NCBI RefSeq assembly: GCF_964213995.1
Contig: NC_135805.1
Span: forward strand, 145,204,001-145,268,000
Direction: 5' to 3'
Length of the DNA: 64,000 nucleotides
DNA from: Mustelus asterias
Lineage: Eukaryota
How positions within the stretch are numbered: the first letter of the stretch is position 1; each line of letters starts with the position of its first letter. Shown piece by piece: positions 1-12,792 of the stretch. Below the pieces are notes generated by a model that worked only from the letters and a program-made list of their open reading frames with translations, made no database searches and was not told the origin of the DNA. Both the position numbers and the translations under genes were made by a program.

Positions 1-725
<725 letters not shown>

Positions 726-757
726 AACTAATGCACTGAAAAAAATGCAAATAAAAA

Positions 758-798
758 GGCTCTTTTCAGAGTCACCCACAACTTCTGTGAGAAAGCTA
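758..798 (+). terminator. Histone 3' stem-loop (one stem substitution) plus purine-rich HDE
   Basis: ggctcttttcagagtc at 758-773, followed by acccac...gtgagaaagct. Confidence 0.8.
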
Positions 799-899
799 TG
801 CTATTATAATTAAGAAGTTAATTAATTCAAATTGTCTTTTTTATTAGTGTTTCAGTCAGAAAATTGTGGATAATAGAGTACTCGCCTGTTTGGATGTGC

Positions 900-1231
900 G
901 GGGCGGCACGGTAGCGCAGTGGTTAGCACTGCTGCTTCACAGCTCCAGGGTCCCGGGTTCGATTCCCGGCTCGGGTCACTGTCTGTGTGGAGTTTGCACA
1001 TTCTCCTCGTGTCTGCGTCGGTTTCCTCCGGGTGCTCCGGTTTCCTCCCACAGTCCAAAGATGTGCGGGTTAGGTTGATTGGCCAAGTTAAAAATTGCCC
1101 CTTAGAATCCTAAAATGCGTAGGTTAGAGGGATTAGCGGGTAAATATGTGGGGGTAGGGATTGTGGTCGGTGCAGACTCGATGGGCCAAATGGCCTCCTT
1201 CTGCACTGTCGGGTTTCTATGATTTCTATGA
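900..1231 (+). mobile_element. HE1-like tRNA SINE, full length
   Basis: A/B-box-like head (tagcgcagtgg; gggttcgattcc), central core, and CR1-like tail ending (ttctatga)n. Confidence 0.9.
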
Positions 1232-2140
1232 CCCTTAACTATTCCCCATGAATAATGTCTGCCCCCTGAGCGCCCTGTTCTCAGAGGAGTTGATGTTCGG
1301 ACACTTTCATTGCCTTTAGGCAGAGAGCAATTAGAAAACAAATGTTTCAAATTCCAGTTCTGTTCCGGTTAGGTCTCCAGAACCGATCATTTCATTCCCT
1401 GTAAACCCCGGTCTTTTATGAAGCATAAGTGTCAATACTGGCAAATTTAAACCATGTGCTCTCTGCTTTTGAGCGACGCTAACAGGCAGCAGTCCACAAC
1501 ACGGAGACAGTGTCAGAATCTTGTTTTATAATATAATTTGTTCAAAATACACGCCGTTATTGTCCAAAGCACTAGAAATGAGACTTCATAGAATTTCAGG
1601 GTGAAAGTATTTCCTTCTTCTTGACATATCGGCGTTTGACTTAAAAAAAAAATACTTTTTCAGATTCTGCAAATTTGTTTTTCTATTATTGCCATTAAAC
1701 AAACACAGTCATGAACTAGAGGAAGAGAGATTGACTGAATGTTAAAAATCCCACGTTAAAGCTGGTTGATTTTAATTATTTCTTATTTTACACATTGGCG
1801 GGATTTTAAATGTGAAAAACAATCGGTTGGGATTTGAAAATGTGGCTCCTGACCTTCCGCCCTCTGGTTTTCTGTTTTCAATTCCGAATTCCCGCCGTTT
1901 GTCAGTTAGAGAAATCCCGCACAAAATCAGAAACTAACCGATAAAGGGAATTTTTAGATTAGGAAGAGAAATTGAGTGCATTCCAATCTTGAACTGATGT
2001 CTGAATTACGTTTCACATTTTTTACAATTCCTATTCCAATTTTTTTTTAAAATTGGCGCCGATTTAAAATTTGAAATGAATCGGTTGAAATCTGAGAATT
2101 TGGCGCCCTTACTTTTCGCCCTCAGCTCTGTGGCTTTTCC

Positions 2141-2252
2141 CGATTGGTGCTTTAAACAGATATGATTGGCTATGGGGAAAACCTATTGACATCTTCTCCA
2201 CAATGACCAATCAGCAATGTGTGCACCGCCATCCCTCTCCAAGCTATAAGAG
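2141..2252 (+). promoter_or_regulatory. H2A promoter: CCAAT boxes and TATA
   Basis: gattgg twice, ccaat at ~2208, and ctataagag at ~2244, upstream of the ATG at 2310. Confidence 0.65.
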
Positions 2253-2258
2253 AAGTGA

Positions 2259-2696
<438 letters not shown>

Positions 2697-2726
2697 AGCG
2701 ACCATTCTTAAATCTAACAACCCAAA

Positions 2727-2766
2727 GGCTCTTTTCAGAGCCACCCACTTTCTCTGTGAAGGGGCG
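2727..2766 (+). terminator. Histone stem-loop plus HDE (H2A)
   Basis: ggctcttttcagagcc-acccac, then gtgaagggg. Confidence 0.9.
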
Positions 2767-2978
2767 ACCCATTTTCCATCCGACGCTCGGTTTCCACTAA
2801 AATGAGCTGGATTGATAAACTACCAATCTATCTGCGGAAGGGTGGGTTACTATGAGGGGCTTGTTTGCACAAGGAATTAAATTCAATTAAATACAGAGGG
2901 CCACAACTATACCCCACGTTATGGGGAGCGAAACACAAAATGAAAGAAAGTTATGCCACCGATATATAATCCGCGCTG

Positions 2979-3019
2979 CAGCTCTTTTCCTGACAGACTT
3001 GGTGGCTCTGAAAAGAGCC
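2979..3019 (-). terminator. Histone stem-loop plus HDE (H3 copy 1)
   Basis: Reverse complement of ggctcttttcagagcc at 3004-3019, and caggaaaagagctg downstream. Confidence 0.9.
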
Positions 3020-3047
3020 TTTGTTGGATTGGGGGGGAGGTGGGTTT

Positions 3048-3644
<597 letters not shown>

Positions 3645-3924
3645 TCACCAATTTCAAAAAGCCCGCCGATTTCTGAGCGACAAGAAACGGCAAATAAAGA
3701 AAACCGATTTTGAAGCGAATTGTCTCCATTTTAAAAAAATCTCAATGTTTGCTCACTACCTTAGCACCAGGTTTTTTTTTGGGGGGGGGGGGGGTTGCAT
3801 TTATAACCAAGTTGATTTTGACTTTCCACTTTCTACGGACAAATTAAAGAAATGGAATAAACATAGAAACTTCGAAGCAGGAGAATCTCAAACAGAAAAT
3901 GCTGGAAAATCTCAGCAAGTCTGG

Positions 3925-5382
3925 GAGAGGAAAGGGAGGAAATTGCTGGGGCCTTGAGATAAATCTTTGTATCCTCACTCGCTGCAGGGGAGGTCCCAGA
4001 GTATTGGAGAACAGCCAGTGTTGTTCCTTTGATTAATACGGTAGCAAGAATAAGCCAGGCAATTACAGGCCAGTGAGCATTACGTCAGTGGTAGGGGAAT
4101 TATTGGAGGATTCTTCGAGACAGGATTTACTCCCACTTGGAAATAAGTGGACGTATTAGCGAGAAGCAACATGGTTTTGTGACGGGGAGGTCGTGCCTCA
4201 CTAACTAGATTGTATTTTTCGAGGAAGTGACAAAGATGATTGATGAGGGTAGGGCATTGGATGTTGTCTACATGGTCCCTCATGGCAGACTGGCGCAGAA
4301 GGTGAAGTCGCATGGTGACCTGGCAAGGTGAATACAGAACTGGCTCGTTCATAGAAGACAGAGGGTAGCAGTGGAAGGGTGTGTTTCTGAATGGAGGGCA
4401 GTGACAAGTGGCGTTCCTCACGGATCAGTGCTGGGACCTTTGCTGTTTGTAATATATATAAATGATTTGGAGGAAACAGTAACTGGTTTGATTAGTAAGT
4501 TTGCAGATGACACAAAGGTTGGAGGATTTGCGGATAGTGATGAGGATCATCAGAGGATACAGCAGGATATAGATCAGTTGGAGACTTTGGCGGAGAGATG
4601 GCAGATGGAGTTTAATCCGGACAAATGTGAAGTAATGCATTTTGGAAGTTCTAATGCAGATAGGAAATACACAGTAAATGGCAGAACCCTTAAGAGTATT
4701 GATAGGCAGAGGGATCTGGGTGTACAGGTACACAGGTCACTGAACGCAGGTGGAGAAGTTAGTAAAGAAGGCTTGCCTTCATTGGCTGGGGCATTGAGTT
4801 TAAAAATTGGCAAGTCATGTTGCAGCTTTATAGAAACGTAGCCCGCACTTGGAATATAGTGTTCAATTCTGGTCGCCACACTACCAGAAGGATGTTCAGG
4901 CATTGGAGAGGGTAGAAAAAGATTTACCAGGATGTTGTCTGGTATGGAGGGCATTAGCTATCAGGAGAAGTTGGAGAAACCTGGGTTTGTTCTCACTGCA
5001 ACGATGGAGGTTGAGAGGCGACCTGATAGAAGTCTACAAGATTCTGAGGGGCGTGAACAGAATCGATACTCAGAATCTTTTCCCAGGGTGGAAGAGTAAA
5101 TTACTAGGGGGCATAGGTTTAAGGTGTGAGGGGCAAGGTTTAAAGGAGATGTACGAGGCAAGGTTTTTTACACTGGGGTGGTGGGTGCCTGGAACTCGCT
5201 GTCAGGTGAGGTAGTGGAAGCAGATATGATATTGAGTTTTAAGGAGCACATGAATAGAATGGGAATAGAGGGATATGGTCCCCGGAAGAGTAGGATGTTT
5301 TGGTTCAGTCGGGCAGCATGGTCGGTGCAGGCTTGGAGGGCCGAAGGGCCTGTTTCTGTGCTGTAATTTTCTTTGTTCTTTG
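3925..5382 (+). mobile_element. CR1/HER1-type LINE, 5'-truncated and frameshifted
   Basis: RT motifs SGVPHGSVLGP, KFADDTK, WQMEFNPDKC, and the CR1 3' tail gggccgaagggcctgtttctgtgctgta-(tttgttc). Confidence 0.93.
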
Positions 5383-5881
5383 CATTTGTGGGGACAGAAC
5401 AGAGCCAACATTTTGAGTCTTTGTTATCCTTTACTAGAGCACTTAGTACATGTTAAAGGGACTCTTTACTTACAAGTTCTTCACTTTTTCTAATGTTTAG
5501 GACGGGGGCAGTGGGGTGGCGTATTGGTGGCGGGGAATGTGGGATCTTCTTCTTGGTCTGAAAGCTGTGTTTCTGACCAAATTCGTAAGGTTGACCTTTT
5601 TGAATTTCTACTTTTTTGATTAGCTGAGAAGAGCAAGGATCACAAATGGGACGCTGTGAGTTTATGTTTGAATAAGCTCTTTTTCCCAAAGTGTACACAG
5701 CATTCATGCTGCTTGGAAATGTATAATCCGTAGCATCGATGAAGACTGGTAAATATAAATCTCAGCTTCTGGTCAGTTCCATGTCTCATGGACCATGAAC
5801 AGAATACAAGTGAGAAGATAGTGAAAATAGTGCAATAAAGCAAGAATATAATGTCTGGAGAAAGCTACAACTGATCAGAGT

Positions 5882-5990
5882 GCAGAATACAAGAGAAGTC
5901 GACATTATGTTGAGTGCAAAGCAGTTCCACAAGGGCAGGATACAAGAGAAGTCGACATTATGTTGAGTGCAAAGCAGTTCCACAAGGGCA
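5882..5990 (+). repeat. Tandem duplication, 2 x 53 bp
   Basis: gcagaatacaagagaagtcgacattatgttgagtgcaaagcagttccacaagg repeated with one mismatch. Confidence 0.9.
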
Positions 5991-6227
5991 AGCCTGGGTA
6001 AGATGCTCTTTCGGAGAATCGGTGAAGATTCCATGGGCCAGACAGTGTCCTGATTAGTGGAACTTGAACTGATAATTTATCAATTTCAAATAGCCTGCCG
6101 ATTTCTGAGGGACAAGAAATGGAAAGTAAAGAATACCGACTTTGAAGTGAATTGTCTCAATTTTAAAACTTGCAAAAAAACTCAATGTTTGCTCACTTCG
6201 CACTTGGATTAAATTCAGATTCATTCC

Positions 6228-6830
6228 ATAAGACCACAAGACATAGGAGCAGAATTAGGCCATTCAGCCCATCGAATCTGCTCCACCATTCAATCATGCC
6301 TGATATTTTTCTCATCCCCATTCTCCTGCCTTTTCTCCATAACCCCTGATCCCCTTATTAATCAAGAACCTATCTATTTCTGCCTTAAATACACTCCATG
6401 ACTTGGCCTCCACAGCCTTCTGCAGCAAAGAGTTCCACAGATTCACCATGCTCTGGCTGAAGAAATTCCTCCTCATCTCTATTTTAAAAGGATTGTCCCT
6501 TTGGTCTGACGTTGTGCCCTCTGGTTCTAGTTTTTCCTACTAGTGGAAACATCCTCTCCACATTCACTCTATCCAGACCTCGCAGTATCCAGCAAGTTTT
6601 AATAAGATCCCCCCTCATCCTCCTAAACTCCAACGAGTACAGGCCCAGAGTCATTAACCGTTCCTCATAGGACACGCTCTTCATTCCAGGGATCATTCTT
6701 GTGAACCTCCTCTGGACCGTTTCCAAGGCCAACACATCCTTCCTTAGATATGCGGCCCAAACTTGCTCACAATAATCTAAATGGGGCCTGAGCAGAGCCT
6801 TATACAGCTTCAGAAGTACATCCCTGCAGA
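6228..6830 (-). mobile_element. CR1 LINE 3' fragment
   Basis: ORF 6484-6837 (LYKALLRPHLDYC...RRMRGDLI) and tail ...tcctatgtcttgtggtcttatg. Confidence 0.9.
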
Positions 6831-8207
6831 AGTACAATCCGTGATAGACCTATAACAGGCTGGAATAAATTCTAACTGATAGGCGGAAAACGGAATGGCA
6901 CACATAAACATCATGAAATAATTATTTCTGCATAGCAGCGATTCTGTGGTTTCTCAGAATGATTAAAAACAAGCTTTAAATGGTTGAAGGGAGGTGATTT
7001 GCCGCAGAACGATTGAAGGAATAGAATAGAAAGATATATCAACTACAAATTTTAATAGCAATACATGATTAAAAGGAATAATTATATAATTTGACACATT
7101 CTAAACATCGTTTTCTTCAAGCAGCTGGTATGTGTCTTTCTACTAAAATACACGGAGAATCGGAAACAATTTTCTGAAAGAGGCGGCAATAATGCTGATT
7201 GCTCTGTAACGGGACAGAGAAAGAGCAAATGCTCATGTCCTAAAGGTTAAAATATGATCGGAAAATAGATAACCTGTCTAAAATTATAAACTGATGAACT
7301 CCCCGCTGCAATGCCAAGGTCAGGGCTCTCAATGTGAGGATGTGGGCGCTCTTACCTTCAGTCGTTGAAGGTAGATACATAATAGTGTCAATTTAAAAAG
7401 ACAGAACTTAAACGCCTGAAATGCCAAGATAATTCAAACAATGTGGATAAAGTGTCACTCACAAAGTACACAGATACTGCCAGATCATCAAGCCCAATGT
7501 AACAAAGAATATAATTATTCATACCCACACCATTGCGAAGGTCAGTGATCACTTTTCAATCCAAAAGTAAAACAGAATACGATTGGATGACTTTTTCAAA
7601 TTTCCCTCTAACCCAGTTGAGAGGTGGTGACATCAATTACAGAATTTAATAACGCCAGATTTAAGTGTCCTGTGGTCAGAAATCAAATGGCTATTCTCAG
7701 CTAGAACAGACAGAGTATAACTTATAGACAGAACCTGGATAAATTGCAATAGGGCCCAATAATTCAGCCAAGATCACGTTTTACACACCAGTCCAACTTT
7801 AAAAATCCCAGCCCATTCTATACAAATGAAAGATAAGAGGACAAGACCTTTACTCCACACACTGCAGGAATTAAATGCGAGGCCATGGATCTGACTGAAG
7901 CATTTTATTGTTCAAAAAGTTTCAAAGTGAATACTATTCCACAACTCAAATGCAGCAAGTGAGAGTACCCTATTATTATAACATAGATCAAATCCATATT
8001 AAAAATTAGATCCTATGATGAACAGATATCAATATGTTAATGTGTTAAACAAATATTTCCAACACAATGTCAGAGGTAAAAATAAAGTTCAGATACAGAA
8101 TATCCTGCCCTTATGACAAAACAGATGCAGATTGGAAATTACACTTACATAGATAAGCACAGAATTGGAGCTGCAAAATGAATCTGCCATTCACATTCTT
8201 TTTTTAT

Positions 8208-8521
8208 AGAATCCTACTGCACAGATGGAGGCCATTCGGCCCACCAAGTCCGCAGTGACCTCAATCCCACCCAGGCCCCACTCCCATAGCCCCATACATC
8301 TACCCAGCCAGGCCCCCTGACAACAAAGGGCAACCCAGCATAGCCAATCCACCCAACGCGCACATCTTTGGACTGTGGGAGGAATCCAGTTCCCCCGGAG
8401 GAAACCCACACAGAATGGGGGAAACGTGTAAACTCCACACAGCCAGTGACCCAAGCTGGAAATCGAACCCAGGTCCCTGGTGCTGTGAGGCAGCAGTGCT
8501 AACCATTGTGCCGCCCATGCC
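8208..8521 (-). mobile_element. HE1-like SINE (diverged)
   Basis: Reverse complement of the SINE head, core and tail. Confidence 0.85.
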
Positions 8522-10367
8522 ATGCCACAGCTAAACACAAGAACAATATCTTTCAAAGCTTTCCAGTGAAAAAACAACTACTGATTGATTCCTACCTGTA
8601 TACACCATACTAGAGGCTGACAGATTGAGAATGCAAACTTTAGTTATAAGAACTGCCAAGACTGAAATCTATATAAGAAATCCTACAGTCATTTACACTC
8701 GCTATAACTGAAGAATCGGGAAAATAATCTTGTTCATAAAAAATCTACATGAATACAGAAACTACCCTACAATTAGATACAATGTAGTCTGAAAATGATG
8801 CAATGTGCCAGACACAGATAGTGGTACACTCACACCTAACAGCAGAAACACAGTGATTTTAAATGAATCAAACACACAATGTCAGCTAGATCTTGATGAG
8901 TTAATTCACATTTGCTTCGAGAGATTGACAAATGCAGAATCATGTCCACACTCATAGACTGTCCAAGAAACTGAGAATCCATGCATTAAACCTGCCTCAC
9001 TAAGATTATGAGAAAATTAAGCGCAGAGTATTGCCACAGTCGCATACGTAATTGATTTTTTTTTCAAAGTCGAATAGACAGCTGAATCCACAGTCATATA
9101 ACATGCCACAGATTGAATGACACTAAAGAAATCTAACTCAAATGTTTTGACTGGATCACAATCAACTTTAACTTCACATTTGTTCCAAGACAGATTCTGC
9201 TGGAACCAACTCTCACAGGTTTTACCAGACACAGTTTGATTCCCAGTCATGCATGCTTTACAAATACTAAGCGATACACAGAGGCACAAAATCCATGTAT
9301 TCACATATAATATGCAAAAACGGTGAGTGCAGAGTGATGCAAGTCATTCAGAGTACACAGCGAGGAGAAATCATAGAGTGAACACTCTATTTCACAATCC
9401 TTAAGAACAATTGTCAAACAAAAGGATTTCTACACAAGAATGAAAAGAAAACGTGCAGATTACATCAAACTGATGGATACAGAAAGAAAACAACGCATTA
9501 TTGTGACAGAGAAGAAAGAGCAACACCCACTTGCAGAAAGATAAAGTCTAAAACCGGGAATCCCATAAAAAGTTCAGAGAACAAGATTTACTACAGTTAA
9601 CAATACTCAAACTGGAGACTGTTTAGCAAAGGCTTACTAAATTGGTATTTGGGTTAAGGGTGCTCTATGATGAGAGATTGAGTAAATTAGGATTGTATTC
9701 TCTAGAATTTAGTCTCTTGAGAAACAAGTATATGGGACAGCAGTTGGAAAATGCAAGGAGCAAGAGAGGGGGAAAAAAAATCACCCTTTCTCAATTCAGA
9801 TTAAAGATAGTGAAAAATAGACATATCCACACTCCAGAGACAGAGAAGCAGTTTGAAAACCCTCAGTCAATTATCAGCATAAAATTCTTACAGAATATTG
9901 ATACAATTGTAATGAAGTAACTAACAGATAGAGAATAAAATCCAGACTCACATTATCAGAAGCAGACAGGTGCGGAGTTAAAATAAAAATAATATGTTAT
10001 GAAATGGTGCAGAATAACACCAAAAATAATAAATCAGCATTTGACAGGTACAGAGTACACGCAAAAAAAGGTGAGATAGACAGTAACACATATATCAGAT
10101 TGTGACAGGTTCAGAAAGAACCCATATAAACTTACCAGAATATAAAATGTATAGATAAATGTTTTTTCATCCGTACCAGAAACTGCCATATATGAAGTAA
10201 AACAATCATTTACATGGTTGTAACTGACAGGCACTGAGGCAAATCTGGATTCAATCATTAGAAACTGACGTGCAGCGTATAATTTTAAAATAACAGATAA
10301 GACACTCACAGGCTGACAATAATGCTACATTTACCAGCCTCGAAGTAAGATATATCAACGCTTGATA

Positions 10368-10503
10368 AAAGCATATTACTGTGGATGCTAGAATCTGAAA
10401 CCAAAAGAGAAAATGCTAGAAAATCTCAGCAGGTCTGGCAGCATCTGTAAGGAGAGAAAAGAGCTGACGTTTTGAGTCTCAATGACCCTTTGTCAAAGCT
10501 TTG
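10368..10503 (-). mobile_element. Penelope-like pLTR remnant with decayed hammerhead motif
   Basis: Reverse complement reads ttgacaaagggtcat..gactcaaaacgtcagctct...cagatgctgccagacctgctgagatttt. Related pieces at ~3890-3923 and 45405-45630. Confidence 0.5.
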
Positions 10504-11998
10504 CCCTCATGGCAGACTGGTGCAGAAGGTGAAGCCGTATGGGATCAGAGGTGAGCTGGCTACGTGGATACAAAACTGGCTCGGTTAGAAAAGATAGAGA
10601 GTAGCAGTGGAAGGGTGCATTTCTGAATGGAGGGTGGTGACAAGTGGCGTTCCTCAGGGATCAGTGCTGGGACCTTTGCTGTTTGTAATATACATAAATG
10701 ATTTGGAGGAAAATGTAACTGGATTGATTAGTAAGTTTGCAGATGACACAAAGGTTGGTGGATTTGCAGATAGTGATGAGGACCATCAGAGGGTACAGCA
10801 GGATATAGATCAGTTGGAGACTTGGGCTGAGAGGTGGCAGATGGAATTTAATCCGGACAAATGTGAAGTAATGGATTTTGGAAGGTCTAATACAAATAGG
10901 AAATACACAGTAAATGGCAGAACCCTTAAGAGTATTGATAGGCAAAGGGAACTAGGTGTACAGGTACACAGGTCACTGAAAGTGGCAATGCAGGTGGAGA
11001 AGGTAGTCAAGAAGGCATACGGCATGCTTGCCTTCATCGGCCGGGGTATTGAGTTTAAAAATTGGCAAGTTATGTTGCAGCTTTATAGAACCTTAGTTAG
11101 GCCGCATTTGGAATATAGTGTTTAATTCTGGTCGCCACACTACCAGAAGGACGTGGAGGCTTTGGAGAGGGTACAAAAAATATTTACCTGGATATTGCCT
11201 GGTATGGAGGACATCAGCTATGAGGAGAGGTTGGAGAAACTTGGTTTGTTCTCACTGGAACGACAGAGGTTGACGGGTGACCTGATAGAAGTCTACAAAA
11301 TTATGAAAGGCATGGACAGAGTGGATAGTCAGAAGCTTTTTCCCAGGGTGGAAGAGTCAATTACATGGGGGCACAGCTTTAAGGTGCGAAGGACAAGGTT
11401 TAAAGGAGATGTATGAAGCAGATTTTTTACACAAAGGGTATGGGTGCCTGGAACTCGTTGCTGTGGGAGGTAGTGGAAACAGATACGATAGCGACTTTGA
11501 AGGGGCGTCTTGACAAATACATGAATAGGATGGGAATAGAGGAATATGGTCCCCGGAAAGGTAGGGGGTTTTAATTAAGTCAGGCAGCATGTTGGTGATC
11601 GCTTCTCGGCCTTTTGGCTAAGATCAAGTGTAGTATGGATTGGATGCTGCACTTGGTTGAGGTCATTAGGTTACATTGAAGCTTCATATGTTTCATATGA
11701 AGCAATTTTTAAAAGCGGTATCTCGGCCTTTTGGCTAAGGTGCAAGTGAGCTCAAGTCTTGGAGGAGGTATTGCTTTCCCTCCTCCAATCAGCTTGGCTC
11801 ATGTAGATCAGGCCCAGGACAGGGTAAATGGTCGCTTGCCCTGTCTTGCCAGCCTGGATCGGAAATGTCTCAACTTGTTGAGACTCTGAATTGGACTTGA
11901 TTTGATTGAATTGGAAAAGTATAAAAAGAAGCATGTTGGTGCAGGCTTGGAGGGCCGAAGGGCCTGTTCCTCCGCTGTTTTTTTTTGTTCTTTGTTCC
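10504..11998 (+). mobile_element. CR1 LINE, 5'-truncated; its 3' UTR is interrupted by U2-headed element copy B
   Basis: ORFs 10607-11125 and 11153-11416 carry RT motifs ([18 protein letters not shown]). The tail resumes at 11930. Confidence 0.93.
11598..11929 (+). mobile_element. U2 snRNA-headed SINE-like element, copy B, with 12-bp TSD
   Basis: First 39 nt match the U2 5' end (atcgcttctcggccttttggctaagatcaagtgtagtat). A-rich tail. TSD agcatgttggtg at 11586-11597 and 11930-11941. Confidence 0.9.
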
Positions 11999-12018
11999 TT
12001 TTTTGATTCTAAGTGGTA

Positions 12019-12235
12019 TTTCTTTCGACACCAACCAAGTAAACGAACTCAAATTAACTTAGGGACAAAGTAAAAGGGGCGGCTCCCCAAAAGGAAGGGG
12101 GGAACAGCCCGAACCAAAAACAAAGTCGAAAGGAAACTTGAAACGTCAAACCAAAAGGTGATTATCGGGGTCGATAATACACCCCAGCCCCTGCGGCGCC
12201 CAGCGGTCGCGGAAGGCGTCAACCGCGCCCGTGGA
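12019..12235 (-). mobile_element. Tx1-clade (Keno-like) non-LTR retrotransposon 3' end, heavily 5'-truncated, 16-bp TSD
   Basis: TSD ttgattctaagtggta at 12003-12018 and 12236-12251. The minus strand encodes STGAVDAFRDRWAPQGLGCIIDPDNHLLV*, a Tx1-type ORF2 C-terminus (F..RW...C), followed by a 3' UTR. Confidence 0.7.
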
Positions 12236-12792
12236 TTGATTCTAAGTGGTACAGGTTAAAATCCCCATTGAGACATCTGAATATGATTAACAAAAGAAAG
12301 GATCAGTTTCTCATCACAATGAGGCCAGGTACAAACTTATAGGCAAAGACACATTGAATACCAAATATGTACAGATACAGACATAATCCATACTCTGTAA
12401 TAAAAATAAAAATAAAAATCTCCCCAGTACAGATTAGAAACCTCACAATCTGAGAAATATCAATAATTCGTAGGTAAAACACAAAAACACAAGTGAAATT
12501 CCACTCTCACATACCTGAAACCCACAGATACTGAGTGGAACAACAATCAATGAACCAGAAAGTGATAAGTATTGGAACCATGATAATTTCCTTCATCAGA
12601 AACTGTTAGAAACAAAACTGAAATAACATACTTGCATACATGTTAACAGAATCAAATTGACACACACTGCCACAATTAACAAAGTCTGGCAGCTACTGAG
12701 AAGAACCCACATCTTTCATGCACTGATAGGAACAGAGCAAAAAAAAACACGATTTGCAGCAACCAATATATTCATTCCAAAATACCCAGATA

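Noticed and set aside
900-975. tRNA genes at SINE heads
   Set aside because: The A/B boxes belong to SINEs and continue into the SINE core and tail; no complete cloverleaf.
3773-3794. T9-G14 homopolymer run (also G-runs near 13531-13553 and 54348-54362)
   Set aside because: Simple homopolymers with no further structure.
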